Shown one piece after another: positions 1 to 8,017 of a DNA stretch of 64,000 bases. The position numbers were made by a program, and so were the translations under genes. Below the pieces are notes generated by a model that saw only the letters and a list, made by a program, of their open reading frames with translations, was not told the origin of the DNA and ran no database searches. The stretch covers positions 1 through 64,000 of IMG/VR virus record IMGVR_UViG_3300035703_000006; one strand, written 5' to 3'. The stretch's first letter is position 1. The number at the start of each line of letters is the position of its first letter.

Positions 1-118
1 GATTTATATTACCCAGAATGGCATTACTCTTATGCTTTGGGTGAAACGAGAATAGGTAAAAACAAATCAGAAGTTGGAAACAAACCAAAAGAGTCTCACG
101 AGATTCTAGTGGTAAAAG

Positions 119-177
119 TGTGACACTCGTAGCACTGGCACACTAAACCCCCACAGCACCCCCTGATGCCCTATAAT
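119..177 (+). promoter_or_regulatory. Early promoter cassette 1
   Basis: TGTGACA(119-125)-N10-TGGCACA(136-142)-CTAAA; TATAAT at 172-177; no -35 hexamer. Confidence 0.8.
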
Positions 178-203
178 ACAGGGACACAAGCAAAGGAGAC
201 CTG

Positions 204-455
204 ATGATTGCTTCTGAGGTGTTTCATTACACTACTTCCCGTTGGGATTGGATTGATTGTAATGTGAATCAGATGTGGATTGAAGAGATTGAGGAATCTC
301 CTGATTGTTACAAGTACGTTGCTGTTGCTTACAATCCTCGCAAGGATGCAAGTATGGTGATGAGTGAACCTCGTTGCTACGCAGATACCCTAAATTGGGT
401 TCGTAGTTGGTGCAATTCTTTCTGCATCCTTCCTGAGTTCTCTGTTGCTGTTTGA
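204..455 (+). CDS. Hypothetical early protein (83 aa)
   Basis: ORF directly after cassette 1, with AAGGAG RBS upstream. Confidence 0.8.
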   Translation: MIASEVFHYTTSRWDWIDCNVNQMWIEEIEESPDCYKYVAVAYNPRKDASMVMSEPRCYADTLNWVRSWCNSFCILPEFSVAV

Positions 456-457
456 TT

Positions 458-838
458 ATGACTTTCACCTTTCCTCGTGTTTCTGCTGGCATCTACGAAG
501 TCCAGAAGGATTCTAATACTGTTGGATTCATTCGTAAAGCAACTGCTTCTAAGTGGATTGTAACTGATGTTGTAGACACTCCTCAACACGTTACAAAGAC
601 TCTTAAGGATGCAAAGGATGCTTGTATCAACCTGATTATCTTTGAGAGTGTTGACAACACTCCTGAAGATGTGTATAATGACTCTGTGGAGGTTGATAAG
701 GTTAATGCTGAACTCAATAAGGTTCTTGAGGGTTCTTTGAGAACCTATAGGCAGATTCCTGGGACTGATGAGTTTGAGGAAGTATGTCCGAGTAAGTTTG
801 GATTTGCTGAACCTACTCTAGAACCTATTGTGTTCTAA
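458..838 (+). CDS. Hypothetical early protein, acidic C-terminus
   Basis: ATG at 458, coupled to the upstream stop. Confidence 0.75.
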   Translation: MTFTFPRVSAGIYEVQKDSNTVGFIRKATASKWIVTDVVDTPQHVTKTLKDAKDACINLIIFESVDNTPEDVYNDSVEVDKVNAELNKVLEGSLRTYRQIPGTDEFEEVCPSKFGFAEPTLEPIVF

Positions 839-931
839 TGACTTATTTTGTAGTTTATTTGATACTTCTTAGTATCGCACTGGTTTTTAATTACTCTCTT
901 CATTCAGTTAATCCAAAGGACGACGATTAAA

Positions 932-1066
932 ATGCACGATTCTACTCTTGACCTGTTTTGTGAACACGAGTCTGCTGAGTATGCAGATGAGTATGCACTG
1001 GAGATTGAAAGGAAAGCAGCAGAACTTGAAGTAACTGTTGATTATTATATGGCAGAGTTTATGTGA
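932..1066 (+). CDS. Small acidic hypothetical protein (44 aa, ...EIERKAAELEVTVDYYMAEFM)
   Basis: Hand-translated, below the ORF-track cutoff; AAGGA RBS; resembles a small-ORF family I recall from cyanophages. Confidence 0.7.
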   Translation: MHDSTLDLFCEHESAEYADEYALEIERKAAELEVTVDYYMAEFM

Positions 1067-1070
1067 TCTC

Positions 1071-1129
1071 TGTGCCACTTCTGAGACCGTCCAGCACTCT
1101 TCCCGAACTAACGGGAGGGGTGCTATAAT
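1071..1129 (+). promoter_or_regulatory. Early promoter cassette 2 (degenerate right arm)
   Basis: TGTGCCA 1071-1077; TGCTATAAT 1121-1129; same 53-nt offset as cassette 1. Confidence 0.75.
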
Positions 1130-1159
1130 GTATGAATACAAACGTGATTTGATTTATTG

Positions 1160-2395
1160 ATGCTGACTCTTCTTCCTTATCAACAACGTGCTCTTGATGC
1201 TGTGCAGAAAGCAATCAGGGGTTCTGTCTATATTCCTACTGGTGGTGGGAAAACTGTTGTGATGATGGAAGATGCCCGTCAACGTGTTCTTAATGCACAA
1301 GAACCGATGACGTTTGTTGTTGTTGCACCTCGTATTCTGCTTGCAAATCAACTCTGTTCAGAGTTCGAAACATATCTCAAAGACCAGAATGTTGCTTATA
1401 TGCACGTTCATAGTGGAGAAACTCATCATCAATCCTCTACACGTCCAGCAGTCATTGCAGAATACAATGACATTGCAACTGGAAGTGGAAAGCATCAGTT
1501 TATCTTCACCACATACAATTCAATTCAACGGGTGAATGATGCAGATATTAACATTGATGTTGTGTATTTTGATGAAGCACATCATTGTGTGAAACCATCT
1601 AACTTTGTGGGTATTGCTCATACTTCAGCAGTTGCAGAAAATGCTTATTTCTTCACTGCAACTCCGAAGTTCAATAATAGCACTGAGTCAATGAATAATA
1701 CTGATGTTTATGGTAACAACATCATCAGTATTCCTGCACAAGAACTGATTGAAGCAGGTAGTATCATTCCTCCTAAAGTTGTGCCTTATGAAGCACAAAC
1801 GATTCGCACTAAGGAAAATGCTCCTTTTGTAGATGCAGAGAACATTGTAGGTATTCTGTCAGAGATTTCTGATTGTGATGCACCTAAAGTTCTTGTTGCT
1901 GCACCAAGTACCAAAGTGATTTGGTCTATGTTTACTGAAAGTGATTTGCTGCAACAACTCAATGATATGGGTTACACAATTATGCACATTACTTCTAAGC
2001 ATGGTGCTTATATCGACAAACAGAAAGTTTCTCGTGAAGTGTTCTTCGAGAAGATGAATGAGTTTGGTGCTGACCCAGACAAGAAGTTCATTGTGTTTCA
2101 CTATTCCATTCTGAGTGAAGGAATAAATGTTCATGGTTTGACTCATTGCATCATGCTTCGCAATCTTCCTGCGATTGAAATGTGTCAAACGATTGGTCGT
2201 GTGATTCGTATGCACCAAGATGACCGACAAGCAATCGCAGATGGTAAGATGAAAGCAGGAGAGTTTGCTTTTTACAGGAAACCTTTTGGTACTATTACGA
2301 TTCCTGTCAATAACAACTATGGTGATAAGATTGCAAAACAACTTCAGAATGTGATTGATGCAGTATTTGTAAAAGGTGAAGTTCCAGTTGCATAA
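1160..2395 (+). CDS. Superfamily 2 DEAH-box helicase (ResIII/DEAD-like)
   Basis: Motif I PTGGGKT, motif II DEAH, motif III TATP, motif VI QTIGRVIR. Confidence 0.9.
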   Translation: MLTLLPYQQRALDAVQKAIRGSVYIPTGGGKTVVMMEDARQRVLNAQEPMTFVVVAPRILLANQLCSEFETYLKDQNVAYMHVHSGETHHQSSTRPAVIAEYNDIATGSGKHQFIFTTYNSIQRVNDADINIDVVYFDEAHHCVKPSNFVGIAHTSAVAENAYFFTATPKFNNSTESMNNTDVYGNNIISIPAQELIEAGSIIPPKVVPYEAQTIRTKENAPFVDAENIVGILSEISDCDAPKVLVAAPSTKVIWSMFTESDLLQQLNDMGYTIMHITSKHGAYIDKQKVSREVFFEKMNEFGADPDKKFIVFHYSILSEGINVHGLTHCIMLRNLPAIEMCQTIGRVIRMHQDDRQAIADGKMKAGEFAFYRKPFGTITIPVNNNYGDKIAKQLQNVIDAVFVKGEVPVA

Positions 2396-2422
2396 ATTAT
2401 ATTATGTGTGACAAATAGAATT

Positions 2423-2587
2423 ATGCCTTTTACAAAGAAGTTTCCACAATCAGGAGAAACAATTCACATTCGAGTTCCAAAGTGTTATGCTGAACTAATT
2501 GAGGAATTGATGGTAACTTTAGATGCACGATTTGATGTAGAAAAAGGAAAACATCTTCTTCATAAGTTCATACACAATCTCACCTGA
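2423..2587 (+). CDS. Small ribbon-helix-helix-like DNA-binding protein, paralog A (54 aa)
   Basis: Hand-translated MPFTKKFPQSGETIHIRVPKCYAELIEELMVTLDARFDVEKGKHLLHKFIHNLT; strand-helix-helix pattern; similar to 10936..11100. Confidence 0.6.
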   Translation: MPFTKKFPQSGETIHIRVPKCYAELIEELMVTLDARFDVEKGKHLLHKFIHNLT

Positions 2588-2659
2588 GTCTTGAGAGTCG
2601 TTGTGCCAGTTGTAGTGGTGGCACACTAAATGAGCACTGACCCGTGATTGTGGTATAGT
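2585..2659 (+). promoter_or_regulatory. Early promoter cassette 3
   Basis: TGAGTC 2585-2590; TGTGCCA 2602-2608; TGGCACA 2619-2625; TGGTATAGT 2651-2659. Confidence 0.8.
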
Positions 2660-2683
2660 AGTTCTATGGTTGAGGAAGACCCG

Positions 2684-2851
2684 ATGACTTACGCACCACA
2701 CATTCCACATAACATTCCTTATTTGCTTGTTCCTGAGAATCGAGTAAAGTGTGTTTTTGATTGGTATAAGAGAGGGCAAGACCATCCAATGAACTTTCCT
2801 GCTTATGCTTATTGGATTCAAAAATGTGAAAGTGATGGGAGTGATTACTGA
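2684..2851 (+). CDS. Hypothetical early protein (55 aa)
   Basis: ATG 2684 after GAGGA RBS, downstream of cassette 3. Confidence 0.7.
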   Translation: MTYAPHIPHNIPYLLVPENRVKCVFDWYKRGQDHPMNFPAYAYWIQKCESDGSDY

Positions 2852-3043
2852 ATGACTACTCAAACTCTACTCAACAAAGTTCTAATGATTGAAGAATTGC
2901 TCAACGAAAAGCAACTCACTGCACTGCGTGATATGCTTTATGTGTATAAAGAACTTCAGAGTGAGGTTCATAATTATCCTCCTGAAGATACTTTGTTCAC
3001 TCAAACTCAATTTGAAATCTTTGACATTTTCGACATCAAATGA
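2852..3043 (+). CDS. Hypothetical early protein
   Basis: Abutting ORF in operon. Confidence 0.7.
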   Translation: MTTQTLLNKVLMIEELLNEKQLTALRDMLYVYKELQSEVHNYPPEDTLFTQTQFEIFDIFDIK

Positions 3044-3249
3044 CTTCAATCTCTTTTACATCTGGTGAGTTGCTTGATATTATCAAAACACTTGAGGAAA
3101 AAGAAAATCTTGCCTACCTGGTAGATTATGACCCAGGACTTGCTGCTTATTATATGAATCTTGGAAATCAATTCCAAACAATCTATGATAAGTTGCAAGA
3201 ACTCCCTGGAGAGTCTAGAGTTGCCAATCTTGTCCTTGCTGTAAATTGA
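3040..3249 (+). CDS. Hypothetical early protein
   Basis: ATGA stop/start overlap with the previous ORF. Confidence 0.7.
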   Translation: MTSISFTSGELLDIIKTLEEKENLAYLVDYDPGLAAYYMNLGNQFQTIYDKLQELPGESRVANLVLAVN

Positions 3250-3515
3250 TGATGGAAAAGCACAATCTGGTTATTCTTTCCACTGCACACCTGCATCCAT
3301 TGGAAGCAGCAAAGATTGATGAGTTTGCTTATGTTGGAAACAAAGAGTGTGCTCTTGTTAATACATCTCCAGAGATGAGAGATTTTTATTATCAAGGTGG
3401 ATTGGTTTGTTTGTGCGACCTTCTAAAAGAAGTGCAAGAAAAGCACAATGCAGATTATGTGTTGTTTGACCCCGATGCAAACACTACTGATGGGTTTAAG
3501 TATTATGATTGGTGA
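3249..3515 (+). CDS. Hypothetical early protein
   Basis: TGATG coupling; ends directly at cassette 4. Confidence 0.7.
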   Translation: MMEKHNLVILSTAHLHPLEAAKIDEFAYVGNKECALVNTSPEMRDFYYQGGLVCLCDLLKEVQEKHNADYVLFDPDANTTDGFKYYDW

Positions 3516-3575
3516 TGTGCCAGTCGTAAAGGTGGCACATTAGACAATCCAATGGGGCACTTGATGCCCTATAAT
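3515..3575 (+). promoter_or_regulatory. Early promoter cassette 4
   Basis: Perfect ATGTGCCA-N10-TGGCACAT 3515-3540; TATAAT 3570-3575. Confidence 0.8.
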
Positions 3576-3596
3576 GACTTCATACGCAACCAACTG

Positions 3597-3788
3597 ATGA
3601 CTTACGATGAAGTTTATGAAATGATTTGCCGTATGGAAACGTATGGTGGGTCATTTGTTGTTGCACTTGCTGGTGCAATGCGAAAAGCAGATGCCTCTAA
3701 TAAAAATAGATTGATTCTTGCATTTCCTGAATATGTGCAAGAATATGGTCCTGATAGCAAGTTCCCTGTCCCTACTAAGTCTCTGTGA
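3597..3788 (+). CDS. Hypothetical early protein (63 aa)
   Basis: ATG 3597 downstream of cassette 4; motif YGGSFVxALAxAxxxADxxN. Confidence 0.75.
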   Translation: MTYDEVYEMICRMETYGGSFVVALAGAMRKADASNKNRLILAFPEYVQEYGPDSKFPVPTKSL

Positions 3789-3958
3789 ACTACCTTTGTT
3801 TGGTTGATGGTCTGCTAGAATATGCTAGCACCAGTCCCTCAAACTTTGCACATTATCAGTTAATGTATTCTGAAGAGCATAGAAATGCTGATGTTCAGTT
3901 TCTTACTTTGACTGATGAGGAGTATGATGAAATGTTCCCTTATGAGGAGGATGAATGA
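3785..3958 (+). CDS. Hypothetical acidic protein (57 aa)
   Basis: Hand-translated; GTGA overlap with the previous stop; MNYLCLVDGLLEY...EEDE. Confidence 0.65.
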   Translation: MNYLCLVDGLLEYASTSPSNFAHYQLMYSEEHRNADVQFLTLTDEEYDEMFPYEEDE

Positions 3959-4134
3959 AACCTAAGTTCCGTGTTATTCTTGAAATGGCAATTGAACAAG
4001 GTGTTCAACGTGGTTGGCGTCTTGCTCATAAACATGTAGAGAATCCAGAAGAGCATGTAATCATTGAACGTATCAATGATTCTGTAATGTCTGAAATCTA
4101 CGAATACTTTACTTTTGAGGATGAGAATTTCTGA
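3955..4134 (+). CDS. Hypothetical protein (59 aa)
   Basis: Hand-translated; ATGA overlap; MKPKFRVILEMAIEQGVQRGWRLAHKH... Confidence 0.7.
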   Translation: MKPKFRVILEMAIEQGVQRGWRLAHKHVENPEEHVIIERINDSVMSEIYEYFTFEDENF

Positions 4135-4556
4135 TGTTGAAAACTAAAATGAATCCTGAAGTTAAGCAGAAGTGGATTGATGCTCTGCGTTCTGGTGATT
4201 ATGAGCAAGGTAGTGAGAAACTCCGTGGTGTAAATGGTTATTGTTGCCTTGGTGTTCTTTGTGACATTTATGCACGAGAACATGATACTCAATGGGAGTT
4301 CAGGGGTTATGATGAACTTAGTGATGAATCTAATCCACATCCAATGGATTATTGGTATTTTGATGACCAAAGTGAGTTTCTACCTAAAATTGTGATGAAT
4401 TGGGCAGGATTGAAAACTCATAATCCTTCAGTGAGAGTTGATATTGAAGATAATTTTGGTGATGATAATTCTTTTTATACCGATGAGATTGCCAATGTGA
4501 ACGATTCGGGTTATACTTTTATGGACCTTTCTAAAATTATCGAACAACAACTCTGA
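4134..4556 (+). CDS. Hypothetical phage protein with YCCLGVLC motif
   Basis: 140-aa ORF coupled to both neighbours. Confidence 0.75.
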   Translation: MLKTKMNPEVKQKWIDALRSGDYEQGSEKLRGVNGYCCLGVLCDIYAREHDTQWEFRGYDELSDESNPHPMDYWYFDDQSEFLPKIVMNWAGLKTHNPSVRVDIEDNFGDDNSFYTDEIANVNDSGYTFMDLSKIIEQQL

Positions 4557-4744
4557 TGCAAGAAGATAACACTCTGTCTCAAGGACGCATTGCAACTCAC
4601 AAATCTGTGAATGTTGCTATCTATTTCAATGATGAAATGGATGATGGTGAAGTGCGAGACTTCATTGAACGTGCCCTTGAAAAGTATCAACATCCAGATG
4701 ACATTGTGAAAAACTATGAATACTGGTATGATGTTGAGTCTTAA
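4556..4744 (+). CDS. Hypothetical protein
   Basis: TGATG coupling. Confidence 0.7.
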   Translation: MQEDNTLSQGRIATHKSVNVAIYFNDEMDDGEVRDFIERALEKYQHPDDIVKNYEYWYDVES

Positions 4745-4811
4745 GTGAGAATGTGCCAGTTGTAGCACTGGCACACTATATCCCCCAAACCCCTGCTGGT
4801 GGTGCTATGAT
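4735..4811 (+). promoter_or_regulatory. Early promoter cassette 5
   Basis: TGAGTC 4735-4740; TGTGCCA 4752-4758; TGGCACA 4769-4775; TGCTATGAT 4803-4811. Confidence 0.8.
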
Positions 4812-4832
4812 GAACGGAGTTCAAAGAAACCA

Positions 4833-5264
4833 ATGATCTCTCTGCGGAATCCAATTATGGAAATCAACTACAAAGAAGTTTATTCTCAGAAAACTGCGAA
4901 TAAAATTGAAGAATTGGTTGCTGAATCTTATTGTCTTGAGGACATTGTAGAGTTCATTGAAGAAAACTCTGAAGAAGATTTCTGTAATCTTTATGAAGAG
5001 TATGTGAATGTTGGTGAGCAGTATTCTTATGGTGCTGTAGATGCCTTCATTGAAGAGTTTGGTCTTCAATCTTTCACTGCCACTTGCTTTGAAGATGCTT
5101 ACCGAGGACAATGGGAATCTAAAGCAGATTATGCTGAAAACTATGTCACTGATTGTTATTCTATAGATCTGCCTGGTTTCCTGGAGATTGACTGGGAAGC
5201 AACATTTGATAATCTGGATGTGACCATCACTGAGAATGGTTATGTGTTCGACACTCAATTCTGA
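4833..5264 (+). CDS. ArdA-like antirestriction (DNA-mimic) protein
   Basis: Very Asp/Glu-rich; C-terminus YRGQWESKADYA...FLEIDWEATFDNL...NGYVF matches the ArdA C-terminal pattern; first gene after cassette 5. Confidence 0.6.
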   Translation: MISLRNPIMEINYKEVYSQKTANKIEELVAESYCLEDIVEFIEENSEEDFCNLYEEYVNVGEQYSYGAVDAFIEEFGLQSFTATCFEDAYRGQWESKADYAENYVTDCYSIDLPGFLEIDWEATFDNLDVTITENGYVFDTQF

Positions 5265-5267
5265 ACT

Positions 5268-5420
5268 ATGAAACTTTATCTTCAAGACAAGGCAGTTGAA
5301 TTGATTCTCTATTGCTTGGAACAACAAGCAAGTGAGTTCAATGAGGAAGAAATGAAGGATTATGAACATATCCTTCATTCCATTGAAATTGCAAATGATT
5401 CTGTTGATTTCAATTTCTAA
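5268..5420 (+). CDS. Hypothetical protein (50 aa), paralog of 10226..10387
   Basis: Hand-translated; LILYCLEQQASEFNEEE. Confidence 0.65.
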   Translation: MKLYLQDKAVELILYCLEQQASEFNEEEMKDYEHILHSIEIANDSVDFNF

Positions 5421-5686
5421 TGATGCCTGATTTTCCTACAATTCAATCTAAGGATGGCACTATGATAGTGTCATTTTATCCAGTCAAAACACCATTTGGT
5501 GATATATCTGAGACCTGGACATTTAAGGTTCTTGAGTGGAAAGGTATTGAGACAATCTCCAAGAGGTTCATTAACAAAGTTGAGAAAAAAGTTCAACTTA
5601 GGGAATATGAATCTTTTGGTTATGTTTTTGTAAAAGACAATGCGGATCTTCCGCAACTTGGTAATCCTATGGCAGGTGCTGTGTAA
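5420..5686 (+). CDS. Hypothetical protein
   Basis: TAATG coupling. Confidence 0.7.
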   Translation: MMPDFPTIQSKDGTMIVSFYPVKTPFGDISETWTFKVLEWKGIETISKRFINKVEKKVQLREYESFGYVFVKDNADLPQLGNPMAGAV

Positions 5687-5901
5687 TGTTATTTCAATTA
5701 ACTGATATTGAGTTTGATTTTGATGATGGTGAGGAAATCTCTGGAGAACTTCCTTATGATGAACAAGTTGCAGTTGCTCAATCTGTCATTGGTGAAGTTT
5801 TTGATGTCGAATCTGAAGATGACCTTGCCGATGCAGTTAGTGATTACACTGGTTGGTGTGTGAAATCTCTTAATTATGTTGCAATCTCTGAATCTCACTG
5901 A
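5686..5901 (+). CDS. Hypothetical acidic protein
   Basis: TAATG coupling; highly acidic. Confidence 0.7.
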   Translation: MLFQLTDIEFDFDDGEEISGELPYDEQVAVAQSVIGEVFDVESEDDLADAVSDYTGWCVKSLNYVAISESH

Positions 5902-5902
5902 A

Positions 5903-6097
5903 ATGCCTGAAATGAATCGTGACCAACTGATTGAAGACTATATCCAGACACTCATTGAGAATATGGACTATAAGACAATGGAGTGTTTTGTTTATGATAC
6001 TCTGAAAGAGAATCTTTCTACCTACACTGATGAGGAACTTCTCACTGAAGTGGAAGAATACAATCCAGAACTCCTCGGTCTAGACGAATCTGCCTGA
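5903..6097 (+). CDS. Hypothetical acidic protein
   Basis: ATG 5903; its TGA is the start of cassette 6 (TGAGTC). Confidence 0.7.
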   Translation: MPEMNRDQLIEDYIQTLIENMDYKTMECFVYDTLKENLSTYTDEELLTEVEEYNPELLGLDESA

Positions 6098-6169
6098 GTC
6101 TAGTGTTGAGATGTGCCACTTGTTCTAGTGGCACACTAAATGAGCACAGACCCCAAAAGGTGCTATATT
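6095..6169 (+). promoter_or_regulatory. Early promoter cassette 6
   Basis: TGAGTC 6095-6100; TGTGCCA 6112-6118; TGGCACA 6129-6135; TGCTATATT 6161-6169. Confidence 0.8.
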
Positions 6170-6226
6170 AAGAGGGTGGAAGGGGTCAGACCCACCCACA
6201 AACGTCCAAACTCTATCTTAATCAAA

Positions 6227-6430
6227 ATGACTGCTGTTGTTGATTTCTCTAAGGATGTGATGCTCGGTATGCTTCGCAAGGGGCAAACTGGAACTCAGAT
6301 TCTGGACATTCTGAATGTTCTGGTTCCTGAGCAAACTGAACTCACTCGTGAGCAAGTTTGTGAGGATCTGGGCATTGCTGATTGTCCCGAGAATGATGAT
6401 GAGATTGCCCGTGCAATGTCTGCTGTCTGA
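6227..6430 (+). CDS. Hypothetical protein (67 aa)
   Basis: ATG 6227 after the cassette 6 leader. Confidence 0.7.
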   Translation: MTAVVDFSKDVMLGMLRKGQTGTQILDILNVLVPEQTELTREQVCEDLGIADCPENDDEIARAMSAV

Positions 6431-6528
6431 GTGATTAAATAGAAACGATAGAGGGCAAGTCCCTGTTATGTCCTGATGAGGCATATCACACTTGCTCCAT
6501 CAAAACAATTCCTTCATTATTGAAACCA

Positions 6529-6717
6529 ATGTTTGTTATTTGTCCCGCATCATTTGATCTGGTTGATGCAGAGTGGTTTGATAATGTTTATGAAGCAAAA
6601 GAAGAAGCACTCGACTGGAGTGTTGAACTTGCTGGTCGCAATGTGATTGTTTATGAGGCACTTGAAGATGATGATGGTGCTTATGACTTCAAACCCGTAA
6701 GTTCAATCTGTGCTTGA
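6529..6717 (+). CDS. Hypothetical acidic protein
   Basis: ATG 6529 (TTG 6520 is an alternative start). Confidence 0.7.
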   Translation: MFVICPASFDLVDAEWFDNVYEAKEEALDWSVELAGRNVIVYEALEDDDGAYDFKPVSSICA

Positions 6718-6863
6718 TGAAGACCTTAACATTCAAGGCACCAAATAAGATGAAGACTATAATTCTTATCTTTGCAGTTGCTTTTGTATTCTCTCCTGGA
6801 GTGCGAAATGCAACTGCAAATACTCTTTACAATGTTGCTGACATTATCAGCACAAATCGGTGA
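6717..6863 (+). CDS. Small putative membrane protein (48 aa)
   Basis: Hand-translated; hydrophobic stretch IILIFAVAFVF; its TGA starts cassette 7. Confidence 0.6.
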   Translation: MKTLTFKAPNKMKTIILIFAVAFVFSPGVRNATANTLYNVADIISTNR

Positions 6864-6935
6864 GTCCAGTGTTGAGATGTGCCACCTGTAGCACTGGCAC
6901 ACTAAACGGGCACTGGAACTTTTTTCTGGTAGATT
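6861..6935 (+). promoter_or_regulatory. Early promoter cassette 7
   Basis: TGAGTC 6861-6866; TGTGCCA 6878-6884; TGGCACA 6895-6901; TGGTAGATT 6927-6935. Confidence 0.8.
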
Positions 6936-6987
6936 AAGAGGGTGGAGGGGGTCAGTCCCACCCGAGTCCCAATCTCAATTCTTTACA

Positions 6988-7644
6988 ATGGATCGCACTC
7001 AAGTTATTGCAAAGATTCAGTCCATTCTGAAACTGCAAGAGAACACTACGTTTGATGGTGAAGCATCTGCTGCTGCTGCGATGATTGATAAACTCTGCAA
7101 GCAGTATGGTGTTACGATCAGTGAAGCAACTGAAACTCAAGTTCTCGATGAATCTTTTCTCAACTTCAAACGTGTAAATGTTGCACTGACAACTCTTCTC
7201 AATGCAATTGCATCTTTCTATGATGCAAAAGCATATATGAAGAATGGTGATACCAAATCTCTGCAAGTGATTGGTTCTGAAGCACAACAAATCCAAGTGC
7301 GTCTCTATTATGATTACCTGGTGCAGGTGATGGAGAAAGAAGCAGAAGTTGCACATCAAGCAGAAAAGATTATGTCTGCTCTGCAAGGTAAAGCAATGTC
7401 CCGTAGTTTCAAACTTAATTTCCGCAAGGCATTTGCAGATAATGTTGCTCTGCGTTTGCGTGAGATGAAAGAAGCAGAGGGACGAGTTCATGATGATGCT
7501 GATGCAGTGAAAAACAAACTCTCTGCAATGCGATTCGGACGTGCCAAGAAGATGAATGGTGCAAGTGGTGCTGGTGTTGGTAGTTCTGTTTCTTTGAATC
7601 GTCAAGCAACTGGTTCTGTGACCAAACAACTCTGTGGAGTGTGA
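6988..7644 (+). CDS. DUF2786-like domain protein
   Basis: N-terminus IAKIQSILKLQENTTFDGEASAAAAMIDKLCKQYGV matches the DUF2786 pattern; FRKAFA motif. Confidence 0.7.
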   Translation: MDRTQVIAKIQSILKLQENTTFDGEASAAAAMIDKLCKQYGVTISEATETQVLDESFLNFKRVNVALTTLLNAIASFYDAKAYMKNGDTKSLQVIGSEAQQIQVRLYYDYLVQVMEKEAEVAHQAEKIMSALQGKAMSRSFKLNFRKAFADNVALRLREMKEAEGRVHDDADAVKNKLSAMRFGRAKKMNGASGAGVGSSVSLNRQATGSVTKQLCGV

Positions 7645-7663
7645 GTTTCACACTCCTTTTTTT
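7636..7663 (+). terminator. Intrinsic terminator
   Basis: GGAGTGTGA-GTT-TCACACTCC 9-bp stem followed by T7, overlapping the stop of 6988..7644. Confidence 0.75.
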
Positions 7664-7684
7664 CCTTTAATTTTTTGATACGAG

Positions 7685-8017
7685 ATGAACGCACAACTTT
7701 CGATTGATGAGTGTAAAATTATGTGGGTTGTTGGAGCACTTGAACGACTTGCAACTTTAGGTTTGCTTGGTCCTGATGTTCCACTGAAACTTTCTGCTCA
7801 TGCAGTAGAAGATTATATTCAGATTGACGAGCATCGGGAACTTTTGTTTGAGTCAGATTTTGAGATTGCAAGTATTATGACTGCACTGATCAATGATGAA
7901 TGTGATCCAGAAGTTCAAGATCCTGAAGATACAAATCTTCTGATTGATCTTCTGCTAGAGTATAAGAATAATCGCACTGAGATTGTGAAGTATGCACTCT
8001 CTTATCAACTCATCTGA
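7685..8017 (+). CDS. Hypothetical protein
   Basis: 110-aa ORF; its TGA starts cassette 8. Confidence 0.75.
   Translation: MNAQLSIDECKIMWVVGALERLATLGLLGPDVPLKLSAHAVEDYIQIDEHRELLFESDFEIASIMTALINDECDPEVQDPEDTNLLIDLLLEYKNNRTEIVKYALSYQLI

Noticed and set aside
6440-6510. Hammerhead ribozyme (GAAAC ... CTGATGAG)
   Set aside because: Stems I-III could not be formed in the required order; CUGAUGA sits in a hairpin loop instead, so it is kept only as a low-interest hairpin
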